Shown here: positions 57,501-64,000 of the stretch, one piece after another
Layout: every line of letters starts with the position of its first letter
How positions within the stretch are numbered: position 1 is the first letter of the stretch
Assembly: GCA_044892525.1 (NCBI GenBank)
Contig: CM097887.1
Location: 8,308,001 to 8,372,000 of the forward strand
Reading direction: 5' to 3'
Length of the DNA stretch: 64,000 nt
Source: Schmidtea polychroa
Lineage: Eukaryota
The notes under the pieces: generated by a model
What the model was told of the DNA's origin: nothing
What the model saw: the letters and a program-made list of their open reading frames with translations, nothing else
The model's database searches: none
Program-made: the position numbers and the translations under genes

Positions 57501-58920
57501 TCAAAATACTGATTGGTTTGGCTTTGCGAATTAACAAGAAATTAAACTGAAACTTTGATAGATTACGAGAAAATTAGATTATTCAGGAATCCTCATAAAT
57601 ATATCAAAAATGTTATAATAAGTAATTATTTTTTAATTCGAGTAACATACAAATTTATCTCAATGTCATTTTTCTTTCGAGGCTCTACTGGGCGGAAAAA
57701 GATTTTTCAAACAAAAGAAATTTCAGCATGACTACATATAATTCTGCAGTTTGAAGATTTAAAAATTCCACTGGGATATATTTTATACGTAAAGATGACA
57801 TGAAAAAGAAAATTCAAGACGCGATGAAAAGAAGAGTGATTGATTCAATGTCAAGAATCAAAATAAAAGCATAATAATGGGGAAATTATAATAAAATATT
57901 AAAAATTTATTTTACCTTTATTAATTTGATAAATTTAACTGAGAACATTACTGGGCTACAATTAAGGCTTTCTAATAATTTCGATGTGCATGCACTTTCG
58001 ATGCTTTCCAACATGATAAGTTTCTCATTGTCACTAGATGTAACACAAATTTGTTATTTAAATTATCTTTATTATTTAATATTATAGTTTTCTTTTACAA
58101 CGGATGCTCAATATTCAATCATATAATAGGCATTTTGATATACCATTTACGAAATCTGTAAATGTTACACCCGTAACAAGGATTTAATTTTTCTTTCAAA
58201 ATATCATATTAGAAATAGAAATATTTAGAAGCGCTCTGGACAACAAGTTTTGTCCGATTTTTTTTCTAAAGAAGCCGAAGTCTGGCGAAGATTTAACCCC
58301 AATAACAAACTGCAATTTAACTAATATTGTACAAACAGCAGAAACAGAATTAATTTTTAATTTTTTTGGGTGATTGCGATCAGGTTCTCAAATGTTTCGA
58401 GGGTACGAACTGGTTATTAAATATTTTGAATCACACAACTGATCCTAACCGATAGAAAATGTAATTAATTGGTAATCCGCTTTGAAAAATATCGAAAATA
58501 TGGAAGTAAATTTGTCAAAGCATTTTTTCAAAGAAAAATTTGAAGGAGTTGAAAAAAGAAGTTGTCTAGAGGTCAATTAAAGGAAGCTTTTAAAACCTAT
58601 GAATTTAATTGGTGATTTAAGCAGAGCTCTTTAATAATGACAAAAGACTTGAGTAAAATGGAAAAATTTGCAAATGAAGATTTATGGAAATGTTTAATTT
58701 TTCAATCCATTAAAACAGTGTTTTCCGACATTTAGTCATCAAAGGATCAACAATCTTAATCTAGAAGAGTTACACGGAAAGAGTTCATCAGTAGCCCATA
58801 TCTCAATTCAAGACCTGTTTTATTCCGAAAGTTCGCCGAAGCTGAATCATACTGAGAAGCAATAATTGATAATATGTTGAAAGAAATCTAGTCGCAATAT
58901 TGCCATTTACACAAGTTTAA

Positions 58921-59121
58921 CCTTCTTAAGACCATGTGAGGTAATTGTGTACCACAGCATCATATTTTTTGAAAATTTTGTTAAATCTAGAACCAATCAC
59001 ATTCGCTCTTAAGTTATTCCAAGTGCGATCATTTAAAACCTTAGTACAGTGAAAAAGTATTGTGGTACCAATTAACCCCAAGTGGTCTTTCATGTAATAA
59101 ATTTGATCCGGCCTAGGAAGG
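58921..59121. mobile_element. Small piggyBac-type MITE
   Basis: TTAA flanks on both sides; imperfect TIRs CCTTCTTAAGACC / GGCCTAGGAAGG. Confidence 0.5.
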
Positions 59122-61759
59122 TTAATAATACGCTTATTTTCAAATTAACTCATTTATTCATTTAATATGAATAGAGAATTGTAATTGTTGTAATGATTCA
59201 ATTAATTCAGAACCCTATGTTGAAGAATATGTCCTCGCAAAGAAAAGGCTGACATATCCATAAATTGTTAATTTTTTTATAACAGTAAATAACCTAATTT
59301 GCGGAAAATCTAATTTGAAAGCTTTAAAATCTTTAACATTTAAAATTAATGAATCAATCTCATCGATTAGGAAATAAATCATTTGCAAATTATTAATTTT
59401 GGTTCAATGATATATAATGCAAAACTTTTAATATATATTTGTTTGCCAATTTTTTAATTTTAATTATATAATCAACACGGTTTCGATATTACACATTAAT
59501 GAAAATGCAGGAAACCCTCTTATAATTCTGAGTGTATGTAATATTTCAATAACACGATTTTTATTCCAAACATTTACAAAATTACGTTTTGTACTATGGT
59601 CATCGTTAGTAGGAAACTTGCTTAAATGTCTAGATTCTAGAAAATAGGATTCAAGAATTATGGAACTTGCTAAATCGATCTGAGAGGATGGTTTTGTAGA
59701 TACATATTTCTTTGTTTCACAGTCCTTTTACATGTATAACAAGGCCAAACCCGAACGCTGTAGATAATTTTTGTTTTACAACGGAGTTAGAGGAAGTAAC
59801 TTGAAAAAAACTTTCAAATTTGTAGATTATTATTTGGAAAAATAAACGTTCATTTAAAATGGATTTTCATGTTTATTCATTACCTATGACCACCAAAGTC
59901 AGTAATATATATAATATAAAAGTAGTATGTTAACACCAAAGAGAAAATCCCACCCAATCTCATAATAATATCGCCGTCATTAACAATGTAAAATCATATT
60001 TACGAATAAATCAATCAAATAAACAAATTTCAGTAAATTGTTTGATCAAATACTAATATAAAAATTATTGAATTTTGGAAGGTCACATTATAATCCTCAA
60101 TTAAAATTAATCAGGTTTGATGGTCAGTGTTATGTATTAGTATTACGTTTTATATTGTTGTAATTTCGACCATATGAGAAATGAGGGAAATTATATACAT
60201 ATATTGTCTACATGCTCGGGACGTAGACTTTTTGATTCCCCACACCTTATTTATTTTTGTGGAAACAATAATTATCTAATATACATGAAATTCAAAGAAA
60301 AGAATTTAAAAAGGAATAATTCAAGAATAATTGGATAAACTTTATAATTTAACAGCAACAGAATTATTTAAAAGCAAGAATTCAAATTATATAAGAAAAG
60401 CCAAATGCAAGCACGAAATTACTAGCATAGAATGTTTGAGATACAGTACGATACTGATACACGAATATTCAAACATCCCAGCCGTCCCGAAACAAGTTTT
60501 TAACAGATAACTCTGTTATGTCCATCAGTTTTCATGAAAACACACGACTATATTTCACACACAATTCGGTTAGGGTTACATTTAATCAAACTTATAAGGT
60601 GACCTTCAACAGTAAGTATAAATTCCATGGGAAATAAGCACACTAAGTGTGATCATAACAAGTGATTTATATCATTCAGATATCAATTATAAAATTGATA
60701 ATAATTTATTTAAAATTATGTGAATCAGTTATACATTTTTATTCTTTATATGCATTTTATTTATTTTTTTAATTCAGTGTTTTTATTTTAATTTTGGTAA
60801 CTTCTTGCTTTTTCTGCCGTATGTAACTCTCACTTCGTCAGCCTTCGGCAATGCTTATACTTTTATTTAATCAATTTTGACGCATCAGCAGTCCGGCCCA
60901 ACACTATTTAGCAAACTCAGGATATTTATGAATATTTGGTAGAAGTATAAATATATCTGATAGAAATATATGGTTATATATGGTACTTTCTTCATATTTT
61001 ACGCCTTATGAATTGATATAATAAATATATTCTGTGGTTATTATTATTACTATTTGGTGATTTTATATTTACTATTCGAAATATTCTAAAAAATACATTT
61101 ATACATGGAACTCATCTACTTATTACTATGCATCAAGAAGAAATGTCTTTATTAAAAAAGATAATTGAAAAAATTAATAAAAGTCAAGAATAAAAAAATT
61201 ATTTGCAAAAAATCTGCGGAGGAGATTGATAAGAAAAATAATTAATTGTTTGATTATTGTATAAATAAATTCCATTGATTTATTTAACTATTTTAAATCG
61301 ATGTAAACAATTTGTAGAGAATATTGCTACGAATCGAATGAAATCCATTTCTCTAGTAAATCATTTAAATCTGACTTATTTGAGAAATATTTGGTTTTTA
61401 TTAGTTTAAAATCTCATTAAAATTATTGATTTTAGTAATGACAGGCTTTGTCTTTGAGATGTAGTTTGCATTTTGCTATCTATGTAATCGATCTTGATAA
61501 AATTAGCTTCTGTTTACCCTGTTCGTTAAAGTAAAGATTAACCTTATCATTGTTTTCAAAACAATTCGTAAAATAATGATAAAATTTAATATTATAATAC
61601 ATTTTAGAGTTAAAATTTTATATTGTGTTTTAATTGTTTGTTAGAATTCCGACGGGAGGAATCGCACTTTTATTATCTATTTTATATCAAGAGCAGAATT
61701 TATGTTGAGCAAGCGGTATCGAATGACCCAATATAGAAGGAATTCAAGTATTATAATGG

Positions 61760-61980
61760 AGGTTGTGATCAGAATTCTTTTACGGCGGAAGATAATAAAT
61801 GGAAGTACAATTTTTACCGATGAACACAAATCTTATATTTCATTGGTAAAAAAGGTCATATTCATACAACTGTTTGCCACAAGTATAACTTCATTGATAA
61901 AATTACGGGAGCACATACACAATCTGTAGCCAGTTTTAATACTGAATTAAAACCTGAGATAAAAAGACGTAAAGGTGTTT
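61760..61980 (+). pseudogene. Merlin/IS1595 (ISXO2-like) transposase fragment
   Basis: GSTIFTDEHKSY..L / GHIHTTVCHKYNFID..TGAHTQ (frameshifted). Confidence 0.8.
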
Positions 61981-62746
61981 TTACTTGGAAATTCAAGAAC
62001 AGAAACAAAAGATTTCAAAAATTGCTTGATTTAATTAATTTAATTGATATTTTTTTATCTATTCAAATTTTATTAATATAGATTTAATTATTGGGATTAA
62101 TATTCATATCAATATTTTTTAATTTTTATATTTATATTTTTGGGACGTAAGACAATTCTGATCCGGAGGTTGGTTTGTGAATCAAATGAGCAGTAAATAT
62201 TCGAAATCCGCCGATAAGATTAATGTTAAATTAAAAAAGAAAAAATTTTATAGAGCGGGTTAGTAATATGATCTAGGGAGGTTGACGGCATTTTCCCTTT
62301 AGTGTTATGGGCTAATTATCTATATGAAGAAGTTAAATGCATGAATCGACTATGCACCAGAATTGTGTTAATGATTGAAAATTTGAGTTGCATGGAAAAT
62401 TAATTTTTGATCTTTCATTATAACTTTTTTTGGAAAATAAAGGACATCGAAAAAAATAAAAAAATACCTTATAAAATTCATAAGTTTATAATATTTATTA
62501 CGAAAACAGCAGTCAAATAAAGAACTGTCTGTTATGGTCATTGTAGTTATAACAGATCAGAGATGACAAAAATGTGTGCAGGAATGCTTAGCTCATTCCA
62601 GGTCGTTTAATTTATTAAAATTTCTATCAATTATGTTAAAGATCACAAAATTTAGGTTTACTCAATAATTAGGGGAGTGATAGATTTTATTTTAATGATT
62701 TTGTTTCAATGAAGTCGTTATTTTATTATTTTAAAAATTAACTTTA

Positions 62747-63478
62747 TTATAAATTGTTATTAAATAAAATATCAGACCACCCTATTGAACAACTGGAACT
62801 GCTGACATTCAATTCTACTAAGCTACCGAGTAACCAAAAACATGTCAAGCGGGTATTCAAGTCCGTATGAGGAGCACTACATAATACAATCAGGCCTTCA
62901 CGGGAACAGTCTATGGATAATTCTATAGCCGGAATAATAATAAATAACGAACCAGTGATTGATAAAATTCCCTTGAAAATGACCTTTCTCCAGTTCTGCT
63001 CATCAGATTTGAGCAAATCCGACATAGTACATATTTCAATTAGGTCTAATATCACTGTTTCCAATATGTCATTAGTGAATGTGCAATTTTCTGATCTATT
63101 GAAAGGCTTACAAATAGCCCAATAAAATAATTAGTGAACCTGATTTCTGATTTCAAAATAAACAGTGCATTGATTAACTGAGGGAAAATCATTTGCAGTG
63201 ACGGCCTGGTAGCAACAAAATTGTATGAGGAGCATAGTACAATACGAGTCACTTCAAGGAATTTGTCAACAGACAAAAGATTAAGGTATTTCTTTCGTTT
63301 AATTAAACTCTTATTTAAATATGAATAATGAGTGCATCATATCTGATTGATTGGACTTACCAGCATATATCGTAAATAAGTTGAGAAGAAAATAGAATAG
63401 GCAAATCCATGGATAGAATTGATTTGCTGAATGGTTTCTTTTGATAGCACTATATTAGATCGGTCAAGGATAGCAAAC
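62747..63478 (-). CDS. Probable host exons of an unidentified helical (HEAT/ARM-like?) protein
   Basis: Exon 63478-63361 is bounded by ACAG| and |GTAAGT; further open Leu-rich frames lie downstream. A full model could not be assembled. Confidence 0.3.
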
Positions 63479-63902
63479 CTGTCATTACATCATTTTTTGA
63501 TATATTATGTAATTAAGTGATGTATTACAATTGACATTTTATCAAAGGATTTAGTGATGTATTTGATTTCCAACATTAACAGTGAGCATTTATGCGAAAC
63601 AATTTTGGATTTAACTGGTATTTTTGTAAATTATAACAGATGCTAATAAAAATTATCTAGATTATATTAAATGGAATTATCATTTATGGGTAACTGATTC
63701 GGTATATAATAGTGGACAGGTTGGAATTATCATTTATGGGTAACTGATTCAATACTACCTTTAACTACCCCCTAACTATTACCCTTTGAATACCACCCTT
63801 AACTTTCACCTTTAATCTTCGTATCTCGACCACTACCACCACCTACTAACCAATACCTATAATCCTACCACTACCACCTTTCATTTTCTACCTACCTCCA
63901 CC

Positions 63903-64000
63903 CAGTGCTCGAAGTGAGGCGGGATAGCCGGGATATTATCCCGGCATTGATTATGTAGGCGGAATTGCATCCCGGCACTTCATTTCATATAATCTATAGG
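63903..64000 (+). mobile_element. Left end of a second copy of the 36283 hAT element (cut by the window end)
   Basis: 98/98 identical to 36283-36380. Confidence 0.92.

Noticed and set aside
60800-60860. CTGACGA...GAAA on the minus strand as a hammerhead
   Set aside because: The nucleotides flanking stem II cannot pair.

Overview
AT-rich eukaryotic (animal) genomic DNA with very short introns (43-52 bp), (AAT)n microsatellites and dense transposon debris. It is compatible with, but does not prove, a flatworm-like host. Positions 1-22497 hold the right-hand part of a giant, apparently intact Ty3/gypsy (Metaviridae-like) LTR retroelement built like a complex virus. Its single >3370-aa polyprotein runs: 3x CCHC nucleocapsid, 3 ubiquitin-like domains, Bcl-2-like domain, chuvirus-type class III fusion glycoprotein, protease, RT, RNase H, integrase. 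Six intronless accessory ORFs follow (ankyrin/membrane protein, a full RING-ZnF-coiled coil-MATH TRAF, three coiled-coil proteins, a small type I membrane protein), separated by spacers packed with TGTAHATA motifs. A ~4.2 kb LTR (TGTTGGG...CCCAACA) ends the element. A diverged solo copy of that LTR with a 4-bp TSD (24825-28761) allows comparative analysis. Each LTR appears to be a self-contained spliced gene: CCAAT/TATA promoter, two predicted introns, a ~250-aa ORF under purifying selection with an Arg/Lys-rich motif, and a polyA signal. Each also carries an intronic RNA hairpin with five compensatory base-pair changes and a second, near-invariant structured block. The rest of the window contains a host RacGAP1/CYK-4-like gene, a fossil CRESS-virus-like SF3 helicase, a Penelope-type minimal hammerhead ribozyme, an HSP90 pseudogene fragment and many DNA transposon remnants (hAT, MULE, mariner, Tc1/IS630, piggyBac, Merlin, Zator/Harbinger-like). 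All domain calls are by-eye motif recognition; no database search was run.
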